DNA of 49,523 nt. Origin: Myxococcales bacterium. GTDB lineage: Bacteria; Myxococcota_A; Bradymonadia; UBA7976; UBA1532. A program made the position numbers and the translations under genes. The first letter of the stretch is position 1. Each line of letters begins with the position of its first letter. The stretch is taken from the NCBI GenBank assembly GCA_947488215.1, contig CANLBD010000002.1:1-49523 (forward strand), given 5' to 3'. Under the pieces are notes generated by a model. The model had not been told where the DNA came from. It saw only the letters and a list, made by a program, of their open reading frames with translations, and did no database searches. Shown one piece after another: positions 9,474-18,115 of this stretch.

Positions 9474-9971
9474 GTGGCTGACAAGAACTACATCAGCGCT
9501 CCGGGCGCTGCGCGCCTCCGAGCGGAATTCGACCATCTGGTGACCACCGAGCGCCCGCGCGTCGTCAACCAGGTCGCTGCGGCTGCCGCCGAGGGCGACC
9601 GCAGCGAGAACGCCGAATACATCTACGGCAAGAAGCGCCTGCGTGAGATCGACCGTCGGCTTCAGTGGCTCGACAAGACGCTCGACGCCCTCGAGGTGGT
9701 TCCCACGCCGACGAGCGCTGAGGTCGTGGTCTTCTTGTCATGGGTCCGCATCGAGGACGAGCGTGGCCGCGAGCAAGTCCTGCGGATCGTGGGCCAGGAG
9801 GAGACGGACGCCAAGCGTGGGCACATCTCTTGGCGCTCCCCCGTGGGCCGCGCGCTGCTGAAGCGGCGCGTCGACGATACGGTCCGCGTGGAGACACCGG
9901 GCGGCGTCGTGGAGTGGACTCTCACGGAGATTGCGGTTGAGCGGCCCGCGGGCGCAGCGGCCGAGGGTTAG
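9474..9971 (+). CDS. greB: Transcription elongation factor GreB
   Basis: NYIS..G, ERPRVV, GDRSENAEYIYGKKRLREIDRR and ISWRSPVGRALL. GTG start at 9474. Confidence 0.93.
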   Translation: MADKNYISAPGAARLRAEFDHLVTTERPRVVNQVAAAAAEGDRSENAEYIYGKKRLREIDRRLQWLDKTLDALEVVPTPTSAEVVVFLSWVRIEDERGREQVLRIVGQEETDAKRGHISWRSPVGRALLKRRVDDTVRVETPGGVVEWTLTEIAVERPAGAAAEG

Positions 9972-11068
9972 GCCTCGGCGTCGGGCTCCATCGCGCGGTC
10001 GAGGCGTCGGCTGTCCTGCGGCTGGTACGGCTGGCTCGGCTCCGTGAACACGCGCGAGAAGCCCTCGCGCAGGCCATGCGACTGCAGCAGGTCGAAGTAC
10101 TCGTGCACCGCGGCGTACACGGCCTCGGACTCGGTCGAGCGGTACACCATCTCGCGCAGGCGAGCGCCGTAAGCCAGCCCGCGGGTAAAGTAGCCGCTGA
10201 CCTTCTTGAGCTTGCCGAGCGCGCGGCGGTCGTCCGCGTCCGCGTCCTCGCGGATCAGGTCGAAGTAGCGCAGGAGCACATCTCTGCGCTCATCGAGCGT
10301 GGGCACATAGGGCGGCCGGCCCATCTTGTGGTCGGCGATGGCGCGCAGCACCCAGGGGTCGCGCATTGTGCCGCGGCCGACCATCACGCCGTCGCAGCCG
10401 CTCTGCTCGAGCGCACGCTCCGCATCCTCGATGGTCAGGATGTCGCCGTTCACGAGGACCGGGACCGAGAGGCGGCGCTTGACCTCGCCGACGGCGCTCC
10501 AGTCGGCGCTGCCCTTGTAGAAGTCCATGCGGGTGCGGCCGTGCACCGTCACCATGGACGCGCCCTCTTCTTGCGCGATGTGCGCGACCTCGGGGCTGTT
10601 CATGCAGCCACGATCCCACCCGAGCCGCATCTTGACCGTCATCGGGATCGTGATGGCGCTCTTGACCGCTCGAAAAATCTGCTGAGCGAGCGCGGGCTCT
10701 CGCATCAGGGCTGAGCCCGCGCACCCGCTCGTCACCGTCTTGCTCGGGCACCCCAAGTTGATGTCCACGATGTCGGCGCCGAGCTCCTGGCAGTAGCGCG
10801 CGGAGTCGGCCATGCGGTCGGGATTGCGGCCGTAGATCTGGATGCTGACGGGGTGCTCGTCCGGCGAGAGCTCAGCCATGCGCCACGCCTTGGCGACGTG
10901 CCGACTCATCGCCTCGCTGCTCACGAACTCAGTGACCGTCAACCCGCAGCCCCCGAGGCCACGGATCAGGGTTCGGAACGAGCGGTCCGTGATGCCCTCC
11001 ATCGGGGCAAGCACGCACGCCGGCTCGATGCGCAGGTGCGCGAGGTCGAATCCGAAGGGTGTGCTCAT
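9968..11068 (-). CDS. dusB: tRNA-dihydrouridine synthase (DusB-like)
   Basis: LAPMEGITD, DINLGCP, GAGSAL-like CAGSALM, TVKMRLGW, VHGRT, NGDI and DGVMVGRG. ATG 11068 overlaps the upstream stop (TGATG). Confidence 0.9.
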   Translation of the reverse strand: MSTPFGFDLAHLRIEPACVLAPMEGITDRSFRTLIRGLGGCGLTVTEFVSSEAMSRHVAKAWRMAELSPDEHPVSIQIYGRNPDRMADSARYCQELGADIVDINLGCPSKTVTSGCAGSALMREPALAQQIFRAVKSAITIPMTVKMRLGWDRGCMNSPEVAHIAQEEGASMVTVHGRTRMDFYKGSADWSAVGEVKRRLSVPVLVNGDILTIEDAERALEQSGCDGVMVGRGTMRDPWVLRAIADHKMGRPPYVPTLDERRDVLLRYFDLIREDADADDRRALGKLKKVSGYFTRGLAYGARLREMVYRSTESEAVYAAVHEYFDLLQSHGLREGFSRVFTEPSQPYQPQDSRRLDRAMEPDAEA

Positions 11069-11991
11069 CAGGGCGCCGTGACCCAGCAGTGCCGGCTCGT
11101 GTCCAGGCCGGTGGCGTTGATGCGAACGCACTCGAAGCCGTTCGGGCAAGGCGCGCCGCTCTCCTCGCAGGGCTGCGTGCAGTAGAAGCTCGCGGGGCCG
11201 CCCTCAGGCACGGCCTGCACGCACGCTGTCCCGTCTGGGCAGTCACCCGCATCGTCGCCGCAGTCGACGGTGCACATGCCCGTCTTGTCGTTCCCGTTCC
11301 GGCCCACTTGCACGCAGGCCTCACCGGGGCAGGCGGCGTCGCGGTTGACCTGACCCTCGAATTGACCGCTTGCCTCGCAGTCCCGCGTGATGTCGCGTTT
11401 TTCACCCGCCGCGCATGCGCCGTTGACGCACAGGTTGCTCGTGACGACGCAGTCGCGCCGCGTCTCGCAGGCGCCGCCGACGTCCACGTTGCCGGCGAGC
11501 ACCCGGGCGCATCGCTCGTGCGTGAACTCTCGCCACGCGCGCACCCACTCGACGGGGTCTGTGTCTTGGCAGGGCGCGACCCGCAGTCCGCTGAGGCAGT
11601 CATCCTGCTTCTCAAGCTGCAGGTTCAGCGTGCCGCGCGCCGCACGGTCCGCGGTGTCCGCGATGCATGTGGCGGCGGCGTTCTCGGTGCACGCGGCCTC
11701 GTCCGCGCCCCCCAGCCCGAGCACGCCCGCGCGGTCGCCCGCGCTCAGGCTCTCGCAAGCGAAGGCCCACGCGCACTTGGCTTGCGCCTGTGCGCGGCAG
11801 AACGCGGCGGCCTGGTCAGCTACGCCGGCGTCCGGCGCGGCGTCGGCCTGCGCGACGGGCACCGCGGCGTCCGGAGCTGCTGCGTCGCCATCGCCACCGC
11901 CGCCGCATCCAAAGAGGAGCACCGTCGCGATGAAAGATTTGCAGCCAGCGCGAGGGAGGGTAGGGAGCATCGAGAGGGCAACGTGCGACAT
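11068..11991 (-). CDS. Cys-rich putative lipoprotein
   Basis: TVLLFG-C lipobox, DAA-rich linker, and more than 20 Cys in C-x5-C-x4-C-like units. Start 11991 or 11970. Confidence 0.7.
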   Translation of the reverse strand: MSHVALSMLPTLPRAGCKSFIATVLLFGCGGGGDGDAAAPDAAVPVAQADAAPDAGVADQAAAFCRAQAQAKCAWAFACESLSAGDRAGVLGLGGADEAACTENAAATCIADTADRAARGTLNLQLEKQDDCLSGLRVAPCQDTDPVEWVRAWREFTHERCARVLAGNVDVGGACETRRDCVVTSNLCVNGACAAGEKRDITRDCEASGQFEGQVNRDAACPGEACVQVGRNGNDKTGMCTVDCGDDAGDCPDGTACVQAVPEGGPASFYCTQPCEESGAPCPNGFECVRINATGLDTSRHCWVTAP

Positions 11992-12075
11992 GACGCCTCG
12001 GTCGGGGCAGCGATCCTTTCGCTCAGACGTCGTCGCCGGCATGATGCGGCCTCCGTGCGCTTGAGCGAGGGGTCG

Positions 12076-13359
12076 GTGGAGATCACGTTCTACTACGATA
12101 TCGTGTGTCCGTACGCCTACCTCGCGTCAACCCGCCTGCCTTCGCTGGCGGCGACGCTGGGCGCGAGGGTGCGATGGGCGCCTCTCCTGCTTGGCGGGCT
12201 GTTTCGGCATGTCGATGGGCCGCAGAACCCCGGCGCGCTGATGGCGAGCGCGCGCGCGGCCATGAACCTGCGCGACATGGACCGGTGGGCCGACTTCTGG
12301 GGCGTGCCGCTCCGCATGCCGTCCGCCCACCCGCGCCGCTCGGTCGAGGCGATGCGCCTGATTGTCAGCGCCCCGGAGGACGTCCGACCTGCGCTCTCAC
12401 GCGCGCTGTTTCAGGCTTACTGGGTCGAGGGTCTCGATATCGCCGACCGCGGCGTGCTCGCGACCACCGCGGCCCGCTTCGGGGTCGACCCGGCAGCCAT
12501 CGACGCGGCCGAAGTCCGACAGGCGCTCTTTGACCGGACCGCTGAGGGCGCGCGCCTCGGCCTGTTCGGCGTGCCGGCCTTCACTTTCGACGGCGCTCGC
12601 CCGGACGCGCCCTTCTTCTGGGGCCAAGACCGCTTGGGCTTCGTGGCCGAGGCGCTGGGCGGCGACTTCGACGCGCCGTACGCTCACCCGGCCGCCGTCG
12701 TGCCCGCCCCGCCGGGCACGGTCCTCGAGCTCTTCCACGACTTCTCGAGCCCCTACAGCGCCCTCGGCGCCTTTCAGGCCGAGGCTTTCGCTGCGCGTCG
12801 CGGCGTCGAGCTGCGCCTGCGTCCCATGCTCCTCGGCGCTCTGTTTCGCGCGATCGGCACCCCAGACGTGCCTCTGTACGCGATGAACGACGCGAAGCAG
12901 CGGTACTACGGGCGCGACCTCTTCGACTGGGCGGGCCACTGGGGCGTCCCGCTGCGCTTCTCGGACGCTTTCCCGTTGCGAAGCGTGACTGCGCTGCGCG
13001 TCGCGCTCGCCGAGCCCCGCGCGACCATGCCCTTGTACCGCGCGGCGTGGCTCGACAACCTGAACATCGGCGAGCCCGAGGTGCTGGGTGCTGTGCTCAA
13101 AGGTGCTGGCCTCGACGCGGCCTCGCTTTTGGCGCGAGCGGGCGATGACGCCGACCTGAAGGCGGCCTTGCGCACGAACACCGCCGAGGCCGAGGCGCTG
13201 GGCGCGTGCGGCGCCCCCACCTGGGTCGTGCGCCGCCCCGGCGAAGCGCCGATGGTCTTCTGGGGGCAGGACCGCCTCCCGCACGTCTCCGCCGCGCTCG
13301 GCGGGTGGCGCGCGCCGTGTGATAGACTCGATGCGTCGTCATCGGAGGCCACCGCGTGA
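12076..13359 (+). CDS. Tandem two-domain DsbA-like / kappa-class GST (2-hydroxychromene-2-carboxylate isomerase family) protein
   Basis: Domain 1: FYYDIVCPYAYL...PLLLGGLF...GLFGVPAF...FWGQDRL. Domain 2: FHDFSSPYSAL...PMLLGALF...GACGAPT...FWGQDRL. GTG 12076 follows GAGGGG. Confidence 0.88.
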   Translation: MEITFYYDIVCPYAYLASTRLPSLAATLGARVRWAPLLLGGLFRHVDGPQNPGALMASARAAMNLRDMDRWADFWGVPLRMPSAHPRRSVEAMRLIVSAPEDVRPALSRALFQAYWVEGLDIADRGVLATTAARFGVDPAAIDAAEVRQALFDRTAEGARLGLFGVPAFTFDGARPDAPFFWGQDRLGFVAEALGGDFDAPYAHPAAVVPAPPGTVLELFHDFSSPYSALGAFQAEAFAARRGVELRLRPMLLGALFRAIGTPDVPLYAMNDAKQRYYGRDLFDWAGHWGVPLRFSDAFPLRSVTALRVALAEPRATMPLYRAAWLDNLNIGEPEVLGAVLKGAGLDAASLLARAGDDADLKAALRTNTAEAEALGACGAPTWVVRRPGEAPMVFWGQDRLPHVSAALGGWRAPCDRLDASSSEATA

Positions 13360-14474
13360 CCCCCATCCCTCTCCTCGATCTTAAGGCTCAGCTCGTCAGC
13401 TACCGCGCGGACGCGCTCGAGGCCATGACCCGCGTGATGGATAGCCAAGAGCTGATCTTGGGGCCGGAGACGGAGCGCTTCGAGGCCGCGCTCGCGACTT
13501 ACGCGGGCGTCTCCCATGCGGTCGGCATGTCCTCCGGCACGGACGCGCTGCTCGCCGCCTTGATGGCCCTCGACATCGGCCCGGGCGACGAGGTGGTGAC
13601 GTCGACCTTCAGCTTCTTCGCGACCGCCGGGGTCGTTGCGCGCCTCGGCGCCTGCCCCGTCTTCGTCGACATCGATCCGCAGACCTACAACGTGACCGAG
13701 GCGGGCCTGCGGTCCGCCATCAGCCCGAAAACCCGCGCCCTGATCCCGGTGCACCTCTTCGGTCAGTTGGCCGACATTGGCGCGCTCGCCGCGCCCGACT
13801 CACCCTGGACGGTCGTCGAGGACTCGGCCCAGAGCCTGGGCGGGCGCTTGCGCGGCGGCATGAACGGCCACCACGGTCGCATGGCGACAGTCAGCTTCTT
13901 CCCGAGCAAAAACCTGGGCGGCTTCGGCGACGGGGGCGCCGTGCTCACGAACGACGCCGCGCTCGCGGAGCGCCTGGCGGTCGTGCGCGCGCACGGGAGC
14001 AAGCCCAAGTATCTGCACCACATGGTCGGCGGGAACTTCCGGCTCGACGCGCTTCAAGCAGCGGTCCTCGCCGTCAAGCTGCCGCACCTCGACGCGTGGG
14101 CCGAGGGTCGACGCAGCAACGCCGCGCGCTACGACGCGCTCTTCGCTGGGTCGGGGCTCACGGAGCGCGGGCTCGTGACCCTACCTGTCGTGGGGCCCGA
14201 CGTGCACCACGTCTACAACCAGTATGTCCTTCGCGTCGAGGACCGCGACGCGCTGCAGAAGCACCTGACCGCTCAGGGGATCGGCACCGCGGTCTACTAC
14301 CCGCTCCCGCTTCATCTGCAGCCCTGCTTTCGCGCGCTGGGCCACGGCCCGGGCGACTTTCCGCACGCCGAGCGCGCCGCGGCGCAGGTCCTGGCCCTGC
14401 CCATCTACCCCGAGCTCCCCGAGGGCGCTCAGGCGCAGGTCGTCGCTGCGGTGCGCGGCTTCTACGGGGTCTGA
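13356..14474 (+). CDS. DegT/DnrJ/EryC1/StrS family PLP-dependent (nucleotide-sugar) aminotransferase
   Basis: IPLLDL, SSGTDAL, PVHLFGQ, EDSAQS, SFFPSKNLGGFGDGG (PLP lysine), NFRLDALQAA and LALPIYPEL; GTGA overlap with the upstream gene. Confidence 0.93.
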   Translation: MTPIPLLDLKAQLVSYRADALEAMTRVMDSQELILGPETERFEAALATYAGVSHAVGMSSGTDALLAALMALDIGPGDEVVTSTFSFFATAGVVARLGACPVFVDIDPQTYNVTEAGLRSAISPKTRALIPVHLFGQLADIGALAAPDSPWTVVEDSAQSLGGRLRGGMNGHHGRMATVSFFPSKNLGGFGDGGAVLTNDAALAERLAVVRAHGSKPKYLHHMVGGNFRLDALQAAVLAVKLPHLDAWAEGRRSNAARYDALFAGSGLTERGLVTLPVVGPDVHHVYNQYVLRVEDRDALQKHLTAQGIGTAVYYPLPLHLQPCFRALGHGPGDFPHAERAAAQVLALPIYPELPEGAQAQVVAAVRGFYGV

Positions 14475-14476
14475 AC

Positions 14477-14497
14477 GGCCCCTTGGGGTCTTTTTTT
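14477..14497 (+). terminator. Rho-independent terminator
   Basis: GGCCC-CTTG-GGGTC stem-loop followed by T7, immediately after the stop at 14474. Confidence 0.7.
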
Positions 14498-14656
14498 GTC
14501 CGAACGGCTACAAACGCTCGCCGGAATCTGGTTACATCTAGGCGTTCCTTCGACCGCCCCGACCGGTCGCCCCTGCGCTGCCCCACGGCGCAGCCCCTCT
14601 CCGCCGACGGCCCTCTGGCCCGGCCCTCTCGTTCGGCTCCTGACGGAAGACACCGC

Positions 14657-16462
14657 ATGCGACTGTCGAGATACGCTCAGCGCACACGCGCCCTGGGCGA
14701 CACGCCCATCAACGCTGTCGAGCTTGATGCCCTAGAAGACGCCTTCCTGCAGGGCGATGACCTCGTCGCGCTCGTCAAGGCCCGGCCTCAGCGCTTTCCC
14801 TCGATGACGCCACGCAACCTCCTGCTGGCGTGGCGGGCTCTCCAGAGCCTGCTCGACCACCGCGCCTGCCTCGATGAGGTGGCCGCGCGTCGTCGCGCCG
14901 CTGGGCTGCCGCCGATCGCTCAAGCGCTGCTCGAGCAAACGGTCGCGCGGCACGAGGTGGCGGTCATCGAGCGCGCGGAGTCGCTGTGTCCGCCCGGCCA
15001 AGCCGCAGAGCACCGGCGGCGGGACGCCATCAAAGAGGCGCTCCTCGTGTGGAACGCGTGCGTCGCCATCGCGCGCAAGGACACGCACGTCCTGACGCGC
15101 ACGCTACCCGGCGGTGAGCCGCAGAGCCAGCCCGAGCCCCTCAACGAGGTCACCGCCGAGCGTTGGCTCGCCCTGCGGCATGGCCAGCACGAGGGCACGC
15201 TCTCCCTGACGCTGCGCCTGCCCATCGACGCACTGCACGTGCAGGTCGCGGCCCACATGGAGAACTTGCGCGCGATCGCGGGCGGCCGAGACGCGCGGCA
15301 GACCCTTGACGCGCTGATCCTCGCCGACCTCGAGAGGTCTCTGCTCGACATCAAGGACGAAGCCGCGGGGCGCAAGGCCGTGCAGCGCGCGTCCGAGAAA
15401 TATCTGGAGCTTCTGTGTAGCTCTCGTCCGCGCGTGACGCTGGTCTGCGGCATTTGGTCGGACGGCCAGCGCCTCGGGATGGCGGTCGTGGGCCGCGATG
15501 GTCGCATCGCCCGAGAGGGCGTCGTGGAGCCCGGCGCCGACGTCGCCGCCGCTGCGCGCGACTTCTGGGGCGACGAGCGCGTCGACGGCCTGGCGGTCGC
15601 GAGCAGCCCCGACGCGGGAGACCTCGTCGAGCGTCTCATCGACGCGCTCGAGGGGGTGACGCCCGCGCACCGCATCGACGCCGTCGCGATGGACGAGGCG
15701 CTCGGATACCAAACGGACGAGGTCGACCCGTCAATCGGTCGTGCGCTGGTCTTGGCGCGACGCTGCATTCGTCCGATGCGCACGTGGAGTCAGGTCGATC
15801 CGGTCCAGCTGCGGCTGAATGAGCACCAGAGTGAGCTCGACGAGGCCAAGCTCCGGCGCGCGCTCGACGAGGTGCGGTCGCTCGCGCTGGCGGGCATCAA
15901 GCCCGATGAGCTGATGCGGATCGTGTCACCGCCCTCTGCGGTCGCCGCGCCCGCGCCCGCCAAGGCCGCGCCCGCGCCCGCCAAGGCCGCGCCCGCGCCG
16001 ATGAACCCGCTCATCAAGAACGTCGAGGACCTCCGCCCGGGCATGAAGGTCAATGGCGTCGTGACCCGCGTGCAGCAGATCGGTGCGTTCGTGAACATCG
16101 GCCTCCCTCAGGACGGCCTGATTCACGTCAGCGAGCTTGCGGACTACTTCGTCAAAGACCCGGGCGAGGTCACCAAGGTCGGGCAGCAGGTGCAGGCGCG
16201 GGTCCTCGGGGTCGACCGCGCGCGCGGACGCATCTCGCTCTCGCTCAAGGCGGAGAAGGGCGCGAGCCCTGCCGAGGGCGCGCGACCCGACGCTCGTCGA
16301 GGGCCACCGGTCGATGCGCCGCCGCCGCCCGAGCCGGCGCGGCGCGGAGGGCACGGGGGTGGACAGGGGGGCGGCCGCGGCGGCCAGCGCCCGCTCGGTC
16401 ATGTTCCGCCTAAGCCCCAGCAGATGCCCGCCGACCTAGACGCTTTCTTCCGAAAGCGCTGA
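14657..16462 (+). CDS. Tex(YhgF)-like protein with a C-terminal S1 RNA-binding domain (degenerate paralogue)
   Basis: S1 domain EDLRPGMKVNGVVTRVQQIGAFVNIGLPQDGLIHVSELAD...RGRISLSLK; Tex-like segment LARRCIRPMRTWSQVDPVQLRLNEHQSELDEAKLRRAL. Start at ATG 14657. Confidence 0.75.
   Translation: MRLSRYAQRTRALGDTPINAVELDALEDAFLQGDDLVALVKARPQRFPSMTPRNLLLAWRALQSLLDHRACLDEVAARRRAAGLPPIAQALLEQTVARHEVAVIERAESLCPPGQAAEHRRRDAIKEALLVWNACVAIARKDTHVLTRTLPGGEPQSQPEPLNEVTAERWLALRHGQHEGTLSLTLRLPIDALHVQVAAHMENLRAIAGGRDARQTLDALILADLERSLLDIKDEAAGRKAVQRASEKYLELLCSSRPRVTLVCGIWSDGQRLGMAVVGRDGRIAREGVVEPGADVAAAARDFWGDERVDGLAVASSPDAGDLVERLIDALEGVTPAHRIDAVAMDEALGYQTDEVDPSIGRALVLARRCIRPMRTWSQVDPVQLRLNEHQSELDEAKLRRALDEVRSLALAGIKPDELMRIVSPPSAVAAPAPAKAAPAPAKAAPAPMNPLIKNVEDLRPGMKVNGVVTRVQQIGAFVNIGLPQDGLIHVSELADYFVKDPGEVTKVGQQVQARVLGVDRARGRISLSLKAEKGASPAEGARPDARRGPPVDAPPPPEPARRGGHGGGQGGGRGGQRPLGHVPPKPQQMPADLDAFFRKR
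15944..15999 (+). repeat. 21-bp coding tandem repeat (AAPAPAK linker), about 2.7 copies
   Basis: gccgcgcccgcgcccgccaag at 15944 and 15965, with a partial copy at 15986. Confidence 0.85.
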
Positions 16463-16465
16463 CCC

Positions 16466-18037
16466 TCAGGGTAAGCCGAGTCGCCCCAACGCGGCGCGTC
16501 TTGTGTTCAGCCGAGCCAACCAAGCCTCGACCTCGACCGCGAGGTCGGGCGGCGGCGTCTCCCCGAAATGCGCCGTGGTCAGACCGGGGCGCTCCAGATA
16601 CACGCGAACCTCGGCTGCGGCACGCTCGGCCGCTGACCGCACGGCGACGGGTCGAAGCGGCCCCTCAAGCACTTGTCGCAGCGCGGCGATGTACGCGACG
16701 CGGGCAGGCAGCGACGTCCGCACGAGGTCGTCGAGCACCGACTCGGCGCAGTAGAGCGCAGGGTCAGGCGACGGCTGCGCGACGTGGCAGGGGCGAAAGA
16801 TCTCGTCCTGGTCCCAGGCCATCACGCGCCAATAGGGGACCCCGCCGGGCGTGGGGGCGCGCGCCGGATGCGGCGCATCGTAAAAGTAGAGCTCGTCGAT
16901 GTTGTCACCGTTCTCGAGCGCGCTGTTGAAGGCGACCATCGACAAGTACTGGTCGAAGTCCATGCGCGCCCGCAGCGCCGCGAGCAGAGCCTCGCCTGTG
17001 AGCGTCGTCGGCAGGTCAAGCAGCGCGTAGTATGGGGCGAGAAAGCTCTCCAGGTTGGCGATGTCCTCGACGTCGGGGCGGTCGACCTCGACGACACGCT
17101 CCGGGCTGCGACGCCGCAGGACACGCGTGTTGGACGGGGTGCCGCGCGCGATGGCGTCTCGTGGGCGCTCCACAACGAGATACAAGCCGTTCGTCTCGCC
17201 GTTTAGCTTGACCTCGGCAAAGCCGAACCAGGGCGGAAACAGCCCCACGGACTGGAGCTGCTCAAACGCGACGCGAGAGCGCAACAAGGTCGGATCTTCG
17301 CAGAGCGCGAGCAACACGAAGCCCTCACTCGGTGGGCTCGTTCCGAGTGTTGTCGGCGCCTCGAAGCGGAGCGTCAGAGACTTGCGCGCGCAAAAAATCG
17401 TGCCCTGCCCGCGCAGGTTGAAGGTCGCGCGCGGGCGCTCCACACCGCTCGCGCGGACCTCGATGGGCCACCGCGGCGCGCGGTCGATGGAGGTGCGGAG
17501 CGCCTCGAGCGCCGCTTCACTGAGTGACAGGTCCAGCGTGAGGTGGGTGTCCCTCACGATGAACGGCACGCGCGTCGTGTGCTCGACCGCCCCCGATAAC
17601 GCGCGAACGACGATCTCACCGCGCGCCGACATTTCGTCGGCGTCGACGAGCGCCTCGACGTCGAAGTTCGCGCTCGGGTCATTTCCCTCCAGCCGAGCGA
17701 CCGTGGGCGAGAATACGAGCCCCGGCGCCTCGACTGAGACCTCCCAGCCGCCCCTTGGCGTCACGCCGTTGACCGTCGCCCTGAACGTCACGGCCGGGGC
17801 GCCCTCGGTGACGAGCAATCGGTCGACGCTCAAGCGCGGCGCGCTCGCTCCCCCGGTGTCTTCCTCGGCCGGAGGGCACGCATCTTCCGGGGCGGGGCGA
17901 GGGGCGGCATCGGCCATCGCGTCCGCGCCGGTGGAGGTGTCCTTCGATGCGTCGAACACGTCCTCAGGGCGCGAGCGCGTATCGCACGCAGCCAAAAGGC
18001 CGAGCGCGCACAGCAGGAGCATCGGAGGGCGATTCAC
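16466..18037 (-). CDS. CotH-kinase family lipoprotein
   Basis: LGLLAA-C lipobox; CotH-type motifs RGQGT...RKSLTLRF, NGETNGLYLVVE, NGDN..ELYFY and AWDQDEIF. Start 18037 (GTG) or 18022 (ATG). Confidence 0.75.
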   Translation of the reverse strand: MNRPPMLLLCALGLLAACDTRSRPEDVFDASKDTSTGADAMADAAPRPAPEDACPPAEEDTGGASAPRLSVDRLLVTEGAPAVTFRATVNGVTPRGGWEVSVEAPGLVFSPTVARLEGNDPSANFDVEALVDADEMSARGEIVVRALSGAVEHTTRVPFIVRDTHLTLDLSLSEAALEALRTSIDRAPRWPIEVRASGVERPRATFNLRGQGTIFCARKSLTLRFEAPTTLGTSPPSEGFVLLALCEDPTLLRSRVAFEQLQSVGLFPPWFGFAEVKLNGETNGLYLVVERPRDAIARGTPSNTRVLRRRSPERVVEVDRPDVEDIANLESFLAPYYALLDLPTTLTGEALLAALRARMDFDQYLSMVAFNSALENGDNIDELYFYDAPHPARAPTPGGVPYWRVMAWDQDEIFRPCHVAQPSPDPALYCAESVLDDLVRTSLPARVAYIAALRQVLEGPLRPVAVRSAAERAAAEVRVYLERPGLTTAHFGETPPPDLAVEVEAWLARLNTRRAALGRLGLP

Positions 18038-18115
18038 GCGCTCAGGCTAGCCGAAAGACGTGCCACATGCATGGGCTGTGCTATGGTCTCGACGGCGCGA
18101 ACACGAGCTCGAGGC

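Noticed and set aside
9968-9971. 4-bp overlaps of convergent stop codons (greB/dusB; also 27006-27009)
   Set aside because: A common compaction feature with no evidence of functional antisense regulation.
11059-12075. Apparent 340-aa N-terminal extension of the DsbA-like ORF (766 aa in the track)
   Set aside because: It is the antisense shadow of the Cys-rich lipoprotein. The real start is GTG 12076 with an RBS.
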